A stretch of DNA of 64,000 nt from an uncultured cyanobacterium (GCA_963793265.1 CAWBZI010000001.1:128001-192000), one strand, 5' to 3'; shown: positions 30,461 through 40,990, numbered from the stretch's first letter. The notes: generated from the letters alone by a model not told the origin. Translations and numbers: made by a program.

Positions 30461-31855
30461 ATGCGCCTCTTAGCACGTCTACCCAGTCCTAAGAAAATGC
30501 CACGATTAAGCGATCGCGCTTTTCTAATCGTTCAAAACGAAATAGAGCGCCGTTATAAAGATCATCCCGCTGACCAAATAAAGCGGGTTATTTTGCTCGC
30601 GCGGCTAGAAACGCTACGGGCTCAAAAGGGCGACCCTATGACTCGGGTACAGATTTGGGAGGTGCTAAGCGATGTAGCCCCCAACTTTGATCAAAATATT
30701 CTCATGGATGCAGAAAGCGTAGACACAGACTCTCCTCTGTTAGGCATATCTGTCGGCGTCGGCGCGGTCGCTGTACTGGTTTCAACTGCGATCGGCATGA
30801 AGGCAGTTACAGCAGACACTGTTGCACAAGCAGCCGCTCAATCTGCGGGTCAAACTGAGCAACCATCGTCGGTCACTACAACCGAAGAACCCGATCAGGT
30901 AGTAGAAAAAGCGATATACAGCGTAAAGCGACCGACTGAACAGGTGGCTGACAAACAGGATCAGCGACGATCGTTTTGGCCGGATGGGTGGCGCTTACCC
31001 AAGAGAGCACCTAGACCGACTAGAGAACCGCGTTCGGTGCCTGACTCTCAAAGTAATTCCTCAAGCGTGCCTCATTCAGCCGCTTTTGAGATGGCTAAAG
31101 GTATCGGCTGGCAAGCAGCGCTAAAGAGTCAGAATCCGCCACATTCCGTTGAGCACTGGAGCAGTACGGCAAAGCTGTGGAGGCTGGCGATCGCCCATCT
31201 AGAGCAAGTTCCGCCTAGCCACAAAAACTATAAATCTGCTCAGGTCAAAAAAGCGACTTACCAGCAGTATCTTCAAGAAATTCAAACTCGCCAAGCCTCA
31301 GCACAAACCGCACCAAATACTTCTGAGCTAGTAGCAACCGCACCTGCCCCAACTGCACCTGCAGCCCCTCAGTTCTCCAGCAAGCTTACCGAGCAACCCC
31401 CTCAAGAAATACTAAAAAATCCAATTGCTGTTGCCAAGCACTACGGCTGGCTGGCGGCTGTTGCGAGCCAGAACGCGCCCCATTCTGCTGAGAAATGGGC
31501 CGATATTTCTAGAACTTGGCAGCGGGCGCTGATGAGCCTTGAAGGTATTGACCAGGCAAGTCCTATCTATGCTGAGGCGCAGCAGGTGAAGGCGCGCTAT
31601 CAGAAAAACCTGGCGGCTATTCGCGAACGCTATCAGCAAGAGCAAATCGCTACCCAGCGCCTGCAATCTCTACAGGCGTCGCTGGCAGAAATCAATAACG
31701 ACATTACGCCTAACGCTGCACAGTTGGGCCAGCTAGAGGCGATTGTGAAAAAGCTCAAGAGTATCCCAAAGAGTACAGAAGCAGGGGAGCGGGCGCAGCG
31801 GCTAGTGGCTGAAACCAGTGAGGTGATGGATGCGATCGCCACCAACGCTCTATAA
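30461..31855 (+). CDS. Hypothetical single-TM protein with two helical repeats
   Basis: 464-aa ORF; two similar units of the form GWxAAxxSQNxPHSxExW...W..A...L...A......YQ..L. Confidence 0.7.
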   Translation: MRLLARLPSPKKMPRLSDRAFLIVQNEIERRYKDHPADQIKRVILLARLETLRAQKGDPMTRVQIWEVLSDVAPNFDQNILMDAESVDTDSPLLGISVGVGAVAVLVSTAIGMKAVTADTVAQAAAQSAGQTEQPSSVTTTEEPDQVVEKAIYSVKRPTEQVADKQDQRRSFWPDGWRLPKRAPRPTREPRSVPDSQSNSSSVPHSAAFEMAKGIGWQAALKSQNPPHSVEHWSSTAKLWRLAIAHLEQVPPSHKNYKSAQVKKATYQQYLQEIQTRQASAQTAPNTSELVATAPAPTAPAAPQFSSKLTEQPPQEILKNPIAVAKHYGWLAAVASQNAPHSAEKWADISRTWQRALMSLEGIDQASPIYAEAQQVKARYQKNLAAIRERYQQEQIATQRLQSLQASLAEINNDITPNAAQLGQLEAIVKKLKSIPKSTEAGERAQRLVAETSEVMDAIATNAL

Positions 31856-32083
31856 CGTTAGCCTTAGTCGCTTCAGCCTTGACCTCAGTCGCTTCGGCCT
31901 AAAACAGTAGCCACAGATACACACAAAAATCTTCAGAAAACATTTTATTTTAATCAAACTTGATATTTTCCCCCTGTCTCTTACTAAAGCAGCACAGCAA
32001 GGCGGACAGGTTGTGTCAATATAAAAACGGTTTGCCAAGCTGAGGAATCTCTTTAGCACAATTGGCAGGAAATGGAGTAATCA

Positions 32084-34165
32084 ATGGAATCCGCAGAGGC
32101 CATTTATCAATACGCCTGGCTGATACCCGTACTGCCCTTATTAGGCGCAGCGATTGTCGGCTCAGGGCTAATTAGCTACAACGAAGCGACCAACAAGCTC
32201 AGAAAGCCGGTCGCCACCTTTATCGTCAGCCTGATTGGCGCGGCGATGACCTTATCTATCTTAATTTTAGTCAGCCAAGTTCAGGGCCACGCGCCCTACA
32301 CCTATTTGATTGAATGGGCCTCCGCCGGAGACTTCCATATCAACATGGGCTTCACTATCGACCACATCACCTCACTGATGCTGGTAATCGTCACCACCGT
32401 TGCATTTTTGGTGATGATCTATACCGATGGCTACATGTCTCACGACCCGAGCTATGTTCGCTTTTACGCCTATCTGAGCCTGTTTAGCTCATCTATGCTG
32501 GGTCTGGTCGTGAGCCCAAACCTGTTGCAGGTGTATGTATTTTGGGAGCTGGTGGGGATGTGTTCCTACCTGCTGATTGGCTACTGGTATGACCGCGATG
32601 GCGCAGCAGATGCCTGTCAGAAAGCCTTTGTCACTAACCGAGTCGGTGACTTTGGACTGCTGCTGGGGATGCTCGGACTGTTTTGGGCAACCGGGACGTT
32701 TGAGTTTGAGCTGATGGGCGATCGCCTCTCAGAACTGGTCACTACAGGCGTGATTTCAGGTGGACTTGCGGCCCTCTTTGCCGGACTGGTATTCATGGGG
32801 CCGATGGCAAAGTCAGCGCAGTTCCCGCTGCACGTTTGGCTACCTGATGCGATGGAAGGCCCCACGCCAATTTCTGCGCTCATTCACGCGGCAACAATGG
32901 TGGCAGCAGGCGTATTTCTAATCGCCCGCATGTATCCCGTCTTTGAAGACATTCCTACCGTCATGAGCATCATTGCTTGGACAGGTACTATCACCGCCTT
33001 TTTGGGCGCATCAATTGCGATCACGCAAAACGATATTAAGAAGGGGCTGGCCTTTTCTACCATGTCTCAGCTTGGCTACATGGTGATGGCGATGGGCGTA
33101 GGCGCTTATACCGCTGGCCTGTTTCACCTGATGACACACGCTTACTTCAAAGCGATGCTGTTTTTAGGCTCAGGCTCAGTTATTCACGGCATGGAAGAAG
33201 TGGTTGGCCACGATCCAGCGCTGGCGCAGGATATGCGCTTGATGGGTGGATTGCGCAAGTACATGCCGATTACAGCAATTACCTTTTTAATCGGTACGCT
33301 GGCAATTTCAGGGCTTCCTCCGTTTGCAGGTTTCTGGTCTAAAGACGAAATCTTAGGCTCCGTGTTTGAAGTGAACCCGATAATGTGGGCAATCGGCTGG
33401 ATTACCGCAGGTGCCACCGCGTTCTATATGTTCCGCATGTATTTCTCCACGTTTGAAGGTGAGTTCAAAGGGACTGACGCTGACATTCAGCGCATGGTGA
33501 AGCGGCAGTCTTTGCAGATGGCTGGGGCTTCTATGGGGCCGGGTGCCATGAGCACTCAGGAGCTAGCGGTAGAGACGGGGCATGGTGACGATCATGGGGA
33601 TCATCATCACGCTGAAGAGCCGCATGAGTCAGTGCTGAGCATGACGTTTCCGCTGATGATGCTGGCGATTCCTTCAACCTTGATTGGTTTGGTGGGCACG
33701 CCGTTTGCTAACTACTTTGAAGAGTTTATTCATCCTTCAGGCGAAGCGCTGACGGTAGCTGAAATTGCTGAAGAGGTTGATATCAATGAGTTTGTGCGGA
33801 TGGCTGGGCTGTCTGTGGCGATCTCGGTGGCGGGGATTATTTTGGCGGTGCTGATGTATCGGACTAAGGCGATTAGTGCAAGTGTGATCGCTAACAAAAT
33901 CAAGCCCCTCTACAACCTATCGCTCAACAAGTGGTACATCGACGATATCTATCGCGAGGTATTCATTAAGGGCACACGCAACCTTGCTAAAGGCGTGCTG
34001 AACGTAGACGTGAAAATTGTCGATGGTATTGTGAACCTCACAGGCTTTGTCACGCTGGTGACGGGTGAGGGGTTGAAATACTTTGAGAATGGCCGCGCTC
34101 AGTTCTATGCGCTGATTGTGTTTGGTGCGGTGTTGGGATTGGTCTTTGTGTCAGGACTGACATAA
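32084..34165 (+). CDS. ndhF1: NAD(P)H-quinone oxidoreductase subunit 5 (NdhF1)
   Basis: YQYAWLIPVLP, KAFVTNRVGDFG, KSAQFPLHVWLPDAMEGPTPISALIHAATMV, ENGRAQFY. Confidence 0.96.
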   Translation: MESAEAIYQYAWLIPVLPLLGAAIVGSGLISYNEATNKLRKPVATFIVSLIGAAMTLSILILVSQVQGHAPYTYLIEWASAGDFHINMGFTIDHITSLMLVIVTTVAFLVMIYTDGYMSHDPSYVRFYAYLSLFSSSMLGLVVSPNLLQVYVFWELVGMCSYLLIGYWYDRDGAADACQKAFVTNRVGDFGLLLGMLGLFWATGTFEFELMGDRLSELVTTGVISGGLAALFAGLVFMGPMAKSAQFPLHVWLPDAMEGPTPISALIHAATMVAAGVFLIARMYPVFEDIPTVMSIIAWTGTITAFLGASIAITQNDIKKGLAFSTMSQLGYMVMAMGVGAYTAGLFHLMTHAYFKAMLFLGSGSVIHGMEEVVGHDPALAQDMRLMGGLRKYMPITAITFLIGTLAISGLPPFAGFWSKDEILGSVFEVNPIMWAIGWITAGATAFYMFRMYFSTFEGEFKGTDADIQRMVKRQSLQMAGASMGPGAMSTQELAVETGHGDDHGDHHHAEEPHESVLSMTFPLMMLAIPSTLIGLVGTPFANYFEEFIHPSGEALTVAEIAEEVDINEFVRMAGLSVAISVAGIILAVLMYRTKAISASVIANKIKPLYNLSLNKWYIDDIYREVFIKGTRNLAKGVLNVDVKIVDGIVNLTGFVTLVTGEGLKYFENGRAQFYALIVFGAVLGLVFVSGLT

Positions 34166-34195
34166 CGCTTCAATTTTGAATACGGATATAGACTT

Positions 34196-34233
34196 AAGGA
34201 GCATTGGCATTTAGCCCAGTGCTCCTTGTTTTA
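34196..34233 (+). terminator. Intrinsic terminator after ndhF1
   Basis: AAGGAGCATTGG...CCAGTGCTCCTT followed by GTTTTT. Confidence 0.7.
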
Positions 34234-34288
34234 TTGCTATAGCCTTAGCCTTCTAGCCTATTGCGTTCACCATGGCTGTCATCTCGAT

Positions 34289-34729
34289 ATGAAAAACACT
34301 TACCAAACCGATTTCGATGTTTGGACACATCAAACGGCTCAGCTATTGCGTGAAGGGCGCTATGCAGAGATAGAAACCGAGCGTTTAATAGAGGAAGTTG
34401 AGGATTTGGGTAAGCGTGACCGTCGGGCTGTAGTCAGTCAGCTTATTCGTTTGCTGATGAACTTACTCAAGTGGGCATATCAGCCAGCGCGTAGATCTGA
34501 CAGTTGGCTGGACTCCATCACAGATGCTCGCGTTCAAATTCAGCTAGCTTTTGAAGATAGCCCAAGCCTTGAAAACTATCTATCTGCGCAGGTTGAGTCA
34601 AGCTATGAACGCGCGCGTCGCCAGGCTGCGCGGCAAACGGGACTAGATGTCTCTGTTTTTCCGAGCGATTGCCCGTATGAGCTAGAGTCTGTGCTGAACG
34701 AGGATTGGCTACCTTTAGAAAAAGAATGA
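34289..34729 (+). CDS. DUF29 family protein
   Basis: YQTDFDVW, LIEEVEDLGK, LLKWAYQP-RRS-SW, SPSL, FPSDCPY; start taken at ATG 34289. Confidence 0.9.
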   Translation: MKNTYQTDFDVWTHQTAQLLREGRYAEIETERLIEEVEDLGKRDRRAVVSQLIRLLMNLLKWAYQPARRSDSWLDSITDARVQIQLAFEDSPSLENYLSAQVESSYERARRQAARQTGLDVSVFPSDCPYELESVLNEDWLPLEKE

Positions 34730-34732
34730 ACG

Positions 34733-34776
34733 AGTTTGGATAGCGTCACTTAAAAGTTTGGATAGCGTCACTTAAA
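34733..34776. repeat. Perfect 22-bp tandem duplication
   Basis: AGTTTGGATAGCGTCACTTAAA x2. Confidence 0.9.
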
Positions 34777-34809
34777 ATAGGGCTGTTTTGAACTCTATAG
34801 ACTCCCGCT

Positions 34810-35202
34810 ATGTTTGATCATATTTCTATCGGCGTTCTCGATTTGGCCAAGAGCCTTACGTTCTACGATGCTGCGCTGAAGCCGCTAGGACTTAGCCGGA
34901 TGTTTGCGATGGAAGACAGGGGCATCGCGGCCTACGTAGATGACAAGCAGGTTTCTTTTTGGCTTTATTCTAAAGATGTGAATCAGGCGAATTTAGAAAA
35001 CATGCCCAATCCACCGCGATTCCATTTGGCGTTTCGCGCGGCGGATAGAGCGGCGGTGGATGCTTTTTATGCAAGTGCGATCGCCCGAGGCGGAAAAGAC
35101 GAAGGCGCTCCCGGCATCCGCAGCCAATATCACCCGAATTACTACGCCGCATATGTGCGCGACCCTAACGGCTACAAAATAGAGGCAGTCTGCCAACAGT
35201 AA
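34810..35202 (+). CDS. VOC/glyoxalase family protein
   Basis: DHISIGV, HLAFRA, VDAFY, GAPGIR, YYAAYVRDPNGYKIEAV. Confidence 0.9.
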   Translation: MFDHISIGVLDLAKSLTFYDAALKPLGLSRMFAMEDRGIAAYVDDKQVSFWLYSKDVNQANLENMPNPPRFHLAFRAADRAAVDAFYASAIARGGKDEGAPGIRSQYHPNYYAAYVRDPNGYKIEAVCQQ

Positions 35203-35207
35203 AGAGA

Positions 35208-35627
35208 ATGGAAGTCGAAGGATCTATGGAAACAATCGCGCTAAGGCTAACGCCTGGATTAGATATTCGTAGAGACTTAGAAGACTTTGCAAAAAGAGAG
35301 GCCGTTGAAGCGGCTGTTATTTTAGGCGCGGTCGGCAGTCTGTCGCAGGTGTGCCTGCGCTTTGCCGGACAGGATGACCATACCCAGCTAGCGGGTAAGC
35401 ACGAAATTTTGACGCTCTCCGGCATGATCAGCAAAGCAGGCGTACATTTGCACATGAGCGTTTCAGATTCGCAGGGCAACTGCATAGGCGGGCATGTGGT
35501 GTATGGATGCAAGGTGTATACGACGCTGGAAATTGTGATCGCGCTACTACCAAACTTACAGTTCCACAGAGAGATCGATCCAACTACCGGCTTCAAAGAG
35601 CTAAAGATTGCTTCGGTTGAGTCATAA
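35208..35627 (+). CDS. PPC domain (DUF296) protein
   Basis: LRLTPGLD, AVGSL, EILTLSG, HLHMS, GGHV, TTLE, DPTTGFKEL. Confidence 0.9.
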   Translation: MEVEGSMETIALRLTPGLDIRRDLEDFAKREAVEAAVILGAVGSLSQVCLRFAGQDDHTQLAGKHEILTLSGMISKAGVHLHMSVSDSQGNCIGGHVVYGCKVYTTLEIVIALLPNLQFHREIDPTTGFKELKIASVES

Positions 35628-35748
35628 GCACAGGCTGCCATAAGCATCGTCAACAACCTTGCTATATTCCAGATTTCTCTCAGGATGTCATTCGCCTGCT
35701 CTCATATTTGCCATGAGATAGAGGCGTAGGGTTGCCATCAACCTCTGA

Positions 35749-36955
35749 ATGCGCCCTCTAAAACGATTGCTATTAGTATTTTTGGCCAAGATATTTTCGA
35801 TAAAAATAGAATTGCGATCACAACAGATAAAGTCTATCGTCGGCGCTCTTACTACCGCTATTTTAATCCTGTTGTTTGGCCTAACATCGCCCCAACCAGG
35901 ACTGGCTCAGTCTACCGCGCCTGCCATCCCTAACGACACTGTAGCTGCAGATGTTGTTGTAGATGGTAGAGTTCTATTCCGTTTAGGAAGCATTCCTGGC
36001 TTCACGGCAAAGGCCAGGGCCGAAAGTGTTAACCGTGATTTGCAAGCAGCAATACGAACAACCCCATTCGATCAAGATATTCGAGTGGGCATTGTCGAGC
36101 GCGATCGCCTGAGCACCATTCGGGTGAACAATCGCCACCTCCTCTCAATTACAAACAGCGACTTTAGGATGGGCGTGAGCCCGCAGGAGCAGGCAGAAGA
36201 CTGGGTAGGGCTGCTGCAAACGTCGCTAGCTAATGCGCAAAGGGAGCGATCGCCTGACTATGCTCGTGCGGTCATTTGGCAAATTGCAGCGGCGTTAGTA
36301 GCGGCGATCACGCTGTACATACTCATAAGATTTGACCTGCAAAATATCGTCAACAACTTTATTAGCGGCTGGATTTTACTCATTGAGCGTCCGGTGCAGG
36401 TTGGCGACCTTGTAGACGTAGGCGCTGTCCTTGGCACCGTAGATCACATTGGAATGCGCAGCACTCAGCTAAAAACGGCTGATGGCTTCTCGATTATTTT
36501 GCCAAGCCAAGACAAACGGGACAGCGACTCAATTACACAACCCGCCATTTGCGCCACCGCCATCGTCAGAATCGCCTTCTCAAACTGATGTAGAGCCACC
36601 TGCAAAAGCGGGCACGTTCCCAGCCGATATCCTTGCAGATGTGACTCGCTATTCCATTCTTTTGAAAGGACATAAGAGCGTCGCTACTACAGAAATCGAT
36701 CGGCTTGTCGAACAAATGCTGGGGCCAGATGGGCTAGTGATTAGCGATCGCCGTTTTCGCCTGTCGGCCTATCCCAAATGCTTTGTCGGTAGCGAGGCGG
36801 TTAGCTGGATGATAAGAACGCAAAAAGCTATGCAGATAGAGGCGTTTCGGCTTGGACAGTTACTTGTAGATCGCGGCGTTGTTCATCACGCTAGCGATGA
36901 ACACGGGTTTAAAGATGAGCACCTGTTCTATCGTTTCTATAAAGATGAAGTTTGA
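35749..36955 (+). pseudogene. Internally deleted and frameshifted MscS-family channel with C-terminal DEP domain
   Basis: 35749..36588 has a signal peptide, a soluble domain, one TM, then directly LQNIVNNFISGWILLIERPVQVGD...IGMRSTQL. 36482..36955 is in another frame and encodes a DEP-like domain (DRRFRL..YPKCFVGSEAVSWM...GQLL...HH...F.D...FYRF). Confidence 0.65.
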
Positions 36956-37229
36956 GCAAAATCGAGCCAACCACCAGATTCAAAGCGCTAAAGCTTTGAC
37001 GCTGCAATAGCTATATAAGCCAGTGGGCTCCAGTGGGCTCCAGTGACGTGACACACTGATGTATTACATATGTAGTACATACAATAGCTGTGTCTTCACT
37101 CAACTTAACGAAACTTTTTGGATTTTAAAGATAAGATTAAATTAACGTGAGGAAAGAGATTAATAAATTTAGCTTATTTGTTTGTGGCCTTAGTGCATTG
37201 ACAATTCAAGCTGCTAAGAGAGCGCCCAT

Positions 37230-37428
37230 AATGATTAGTAAAAACGTCCATAGCGTCGAGATTCAGCGGAATACTCGTGATCACAAAGGCTGTTTTGTCC
37301 CAGATGAAGTTTATCAATTAGTCGAGATCACGCCATCGGGATGGGCTTTGATTTGCCCAGATAATGCTGTTTGCCACTATGTTGATCCTGAAGAGGTACG
37401 TGAGGCTTCCAAGCGCTGTTTTCTATAG
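37230..37428 (+). CDS. Small hypothetical protein
   Basis: ATG at about 37230 within ORF 37147..37428; co-oriented with the next two small genes. Confidence 0.4.
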
Positions 37429-37510
37429 TCTCTAGAGGTATAGCCCTCAAGGTCATAGTCCTCAAGGTCATAGTCCTCAAGGTCATAGTCCTCAAGGTCA
37501 TAGTCCTCAA
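37425..37510. repeat. 15-bp tandem repeat, about 5 copies
   Basis: ATAGTCCTCAAGGTC units at 37440, 37455, 37470 and 37485, partial at 37500, degenerate copy at 37425. Confidence 0.92.
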
Positions 37511-37545
37511 ATTTAAAACAACCTTTCAAGGCAACAGTAATAATC

Positions 37546-37728
37546 ATGCACTACAACCCTTCCATCAGTGAAGCACCCCGAAATCAGAATACGCCTATCG
37601 TTCATAGAGCAACAGCAGAAACGATTTTAGGTTGGCTAGAGCGAAAGGGCCGATTGATTGCCTATGAAACGGATGATGCTGGCAACAGAATATATCCTCC
37701 TGTGCTGCCAATGAGGCAACACGGCTAG
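37546..37728 (+). CDS. DUF3134-like small protein
   Basis: NPSISEAPRNQ...ILGWLERKGRLI matches the recalled NPSL.E.PR.Q...LL.WLE..GRLI pattern. Confidence 0.6.
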   Translation: MHYNPSISEAPRNQNTPIVHRATAETILGWLERKGRLIAYETDDAGNRIYPPVLPMRQHG

Positions 37729-37753
37729 ATTCACACAACCTGAGGAGAGAATT

Positions 37754-37954
37754 ATGACGAATCCTGGTGAACTTACCCTCTCGCAAGAGTTTCAGATAAG
37801 AGTTTTATCGAAACAGATAGAAACACTAGACATACAGCAGATTCGGGAATATGCAATAGAAGCGACAAGGCAAATTATGGTGAAAGACAATTGGGCAAAT
37901 CACGCCTTCAAATCATACTTTTTGGCCCCCTTGAAGTATCCCTTTAAACGGTAG
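37754..37954 (+). CDS. nblA: NblA phycobilisome degradation protein homolog
   Basis: ELTLSQEFQIR...RQIMVKDN helix-loop-helix pattern; GAGGAG ribosome-binding site upstream. Confidence 0.8.
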   Translation: MTNPGELTLSQEFQIRVLSKQIETLDIQQIREYAIEATRQIMVKDNWANHAFKSYFLAPLKYPFKR

Positions 37955-38102
37955 TCGTGCCTTGAGTTCTGCACCTATGGATATGTAGTCGGTGAGTCAG
38001 GCACTTGGCATACTGAGGTATTGAGTAAACATACTGCTGTACCCTGAGCGCGTATCGCTTAACGAACGATGCGATCGCCTGCTCTCGAAGAACGTACCTT
38101 CT

Positions 38103-38888
38103 ATGGGTTTCCAACTGTCTGAAGTCAAGCTGATGGGCCTGTCTCGTCAGCGAAAAATGCTTTCTGCGCGCGCTAGAATGAGGGGCTTGCAAAGCCTGCC
38201 GGTAGCAGTCAGAAAAGGTCTGTATCGAGGAGGCACTTACGCCTGCCCGGTCTGTGAAAGTTCCATTCGACAGTTTGAATCTTTTGGCCATATTGACCAG
38301 GCTTGGTGCCCGGTGTGCTCGGCAATGCCATGGCAAAGATTAGGCTGGCTCGTACTTCAGCAACACACCAACCTCTTTGCAGGAGCGCCGCTGCGGATGC
38401 TGCACATGGCCCCTGAAGTTGCCTTTGAGCCCAGGTTGAAACAGCTATCTCATCTTGACTATGTTACCGCCGATCTTTACGAACCCGGCGTAATAGTCAA
38501 TATGGACGCTACCAATAATCCCTTCCCAGACGACTCGTTCAATGCCATTTACTGTAGTCACGTCATGGAGCATATTCCAGACGATAGTAAAGCCTTCAGC
38601 GAATTTTTTCGTGTTTTAGCGCCGGGTGGGTGGGCGATATTTATGGTGCCTATTCGGATGAATGCCCTCACTGATGAGGATGCAAGTGTCGTTGATCCCA
38701 AAGTTAGAGAAAAGCGCTTTGGTCAATACGATCACGTGCGTTTTTACGGCAAAGACTTTGAAGATCGTCTGAAGGCGGCTGGGTTTCAGGTTAGTTTATT
38801 TCGGCCAGAAGATGTGGCTGAGACTAACAAGCCGAATAGGGGACTACGCGAGTCTGAAGTTTTGTTTTATGCGAGTAAAGCAGCGTAG
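38103..38888 (+). CDS. Class I SAM-dependent methyltransferase with N-terminal CxxC pairs
   Basis: CPVC x2, LHMAPE, YVTADL, CSHVMEHIPDD, RVLAPGG, FGQYDHVR. Confidence 0.85.
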   Translation: MGFQLSEVKLMGLSRQRKMLSARARMRGLQSLPVAVRKGLYRGGTYACPVCESSIRQFESFGHIDQAWCPVCSAMPWQRLGWLVLQQHTNLFAGAPLRMLHMAPEVAFEPRLKQLSHLDYVTADLYEPGVIVNMDATNNPFPDDSFNAIYCSHVMEHIPDDSKAFSEFFRVLAPGGWAIFMVPIRMNALTDEDASVVDPKVREKRFGQYDHVRFYGKDFEDRLKAAGFQVSLFRPEDVAETNKPNRGLRESEVLFYASKAA

Positions 38889-39174
38889 TGAGGGAATAGG
38901 CGCTTAGAAGATCAATGCCAGGCGATTGATCCTTAAGGTGGTGCTAAGTTGAGCGGCGTTTTTTGCTAGGGGCAGTATCATTCTTGGGCAGTGATCGCTC
39001 CTAATCATTCAGACTTCAAAAACACAGCCACACACTCTTAAGAAAAAATAATCACCTGCGCAGAATCAATTTTTCTCTCTACAGTGTGAAAAGAAGTTCA
39101 GCTTCGGCTTATACAGTTCGTCAGTAGCCTTATCGCATCACAGCTCATCCAAGCCGCAGACTCTCAAATTCGTT

Positions 39175-40761
39175 ATGGATCAATTCCCCTGGCTGTCGTT
39201 CATTATTTTCTTCCCGTTTGCAGCGGCGTTGCTCATTCCCCTCATCCCCGATGAGAATGGCCGCACCGTTCGCTGGTATGCCCTGGTGGTCGGTCTGATT
39301 GACTTTGCCGCCATCGTCTACGCCTTCTCCACCTACTACGACATCAACAGCTCAGGAATGCAGCTCTACGAAAGCTACACCTGGGTGCCACAGCTAGACC
39401 TGCGCTGGTCAGTTGGGGTCGATGGTCTGTCGATGCCGCTGGTGCTGCTAACGGGGTTTATCACCACGCTCGCAATTTTGGCCTCATGGCCGGTGACCTT
39501 TAAGCCCAAGCTGTTTTACTTTTTGCTGCTGAGCATGTACGCCGGTCAAATCGGTGTGTTTGCCGTGCAAGACATGCTGCTGTTCTTCCTGATGTGGGAG
39601 CTAGAGCTGCTGCCGGTATATCTGCTGCTCTCTATCTGGGGCGGCAAAAAAAGGCTGTACGCGGCGACAAAGTTCATCCTCTACACCGCTGGGGGGTCGC
39701 TGTTTATTCTGCTGGCCGCGCTTGGTATGGCCTTCTATGGCGATACGGTGACCTTCGACATGCAGTCGCTGATGGCGAAGGAGTTTCCGCTGAGGCTACA
39801 GCTATTCCTTTACACGGGCTTTTTGATAGCCTATGCGGTGAAGCTGCCGATTATTCCTTTCCACACGTGGCTACCAGACGCGCACGGTGAGGCGACTGCG
39901 CCTGTGCACATGCTGCTGGCGGGCATTCTGCTGAAGATGGGCGGATACGCGATTATTCGCATGAACGTAGAAATGCTGCCGGATGCCCATGCGGTCATCG
40001 CGCCAGGACTGGTGATTTTGGGCGTGGTGAATATTATTTACGCGGCCCTGACCTCGTTTGCACAGAATAATCTGAAGCGAAAGATTGCATACTCATCTAT
40101 TTCGCACATGGGCTTTGTGCTCATTGGCTTGGGATCGTTTACGAACTTGGGCTTAAGTGGCGCGGTGCTACAGATGGTTTCGCACGGTTTAATTGGCGCA
40201 AGCTTGTTTTTCCTAGTCGGCGCAACCTACGACCGTACGCACACGCTGATTTTGGACGAGATGGGCGGCATTGGTCGCAAAATGCCAAAGATTTTTGCGA
40301 TGTTCACTACCTGCTCAATGGCGTCTTTGGCACTGCCTGGCATGAGTGGATTTGTCGCGGAGCTAATGGTGTTTGTGGGCTTTGCAAACAGCGATGCTTA
40401 CGGCTTCAACTTTAAGCTGATCGTAGTGATGCTGATGGCAGTTGGCGTGATTTTGACACCGCTGTACCTGCTCTCGATGCTGCGCGATATCTTCTACGGC
40501 CCTGAGAATGAAGAGCTGATTTCTAAAGAAGTTCTGATTGACGCGGAGCCTCGTGAAGTATTTGTCATCGTTTGTCTGCTGATTCCTATTATTGGCTTTG
40601 GCTTGTATCCGAAGGGGCTAACGCAGCTTTATGATGCGAAGACAATCCAGATTACAGAGCGCATTCGGACGGAGATGTTTGCGATCGCTCAAGACAAAAC
40701 CCCACCGCTCCCCATCGCAACCACACCGTTGCTGAACGCCCCGGAGATCACGACGCCATAG
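39175..40761 (+). CDS. ndhD1: NAD(P)H-quinone oxidoreductase subunit 4 (NdhD1)
   Basis: [54 protein letters not shown]. Confidence 0.94.
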   Translation: MDQFPWLSFIIFFPFAAALLIPLIPDENGRTVRWYALVVGLIDFAAIVYAFSTYYDINSSGMQLYESYTWVPQLDLRWSVGVDGLSMPLVLLTGFITTLAILASWPVTFKPKLFYFLLLSMYAGQIGVFAVQDMLLFFLMWELELLPVYLLLSIWGGKKRLYAATKFILYTAGGSLFILLAALGMAFYGDTVTFDMQSLMAKEFPLRLQLFLYTGFLIAYAVKLPIIPFHTWLPDAHGEATAPVHMLLAGILLKMGGYAIIRMNVEMLPDAHAVIAPGLVILGVVNIIYAALTSFAQNNLKRKIAYSSISHMGFVLIGLGSFTNLGLSGAVLQMVSHGLIGASLFFLVGATYDRTHTLILDEMGGIGRKMPKIFAMFTTCSMASLALPGMSGFVAELMVFVGFANSDAYGFNFKLIVVMLMAVGVILTPLYLLSMLRDIFYGPENEELISKEVLIDAEPREVFVIVCLLIPIIGFGLYPKGLTQLYDAKTIQITERIRTEMFAIAQDKTPPLPIATTPLLNAPEITTP

Positions 40762-40795
40762 CGTTAGAAGCTGTTATTTCGGGCTTTAAAAAACT

Positions 40796-40830
40796 AATCC
40801 CCTTCCGGCTACCACCGCGAAGGGGATTTT
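40796..40830 (+). terminator. Intrinsic terminator after ndhD1
   Basis: AATCCCCTTC...GAAGGGGATT followed by TT. Confidence 0.65.
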
Positions 40831-40990
40831 GCTATCCTGCGTGCGGCAATGGACAACCTAATAAATACCTTCACAAAAGCTCTACGCGTTACTACGCAAT
40901 ATCTTGACACCCCGCGTAATCCCCTATAGCTTAAACATCGTCTGGCTTTAAGCTCAGCTTCAATCACTATCTATCCATCGAGCCGATCCC

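Noticed and set aside
37425..37510. Possible CRISPR array, and the ORF 37328..37510 (MTLRT repeats)
   Set aside because: The 15-bp units are contiguous with no spacers and no cas genes are present; the ORF is a by-product of the repeat.
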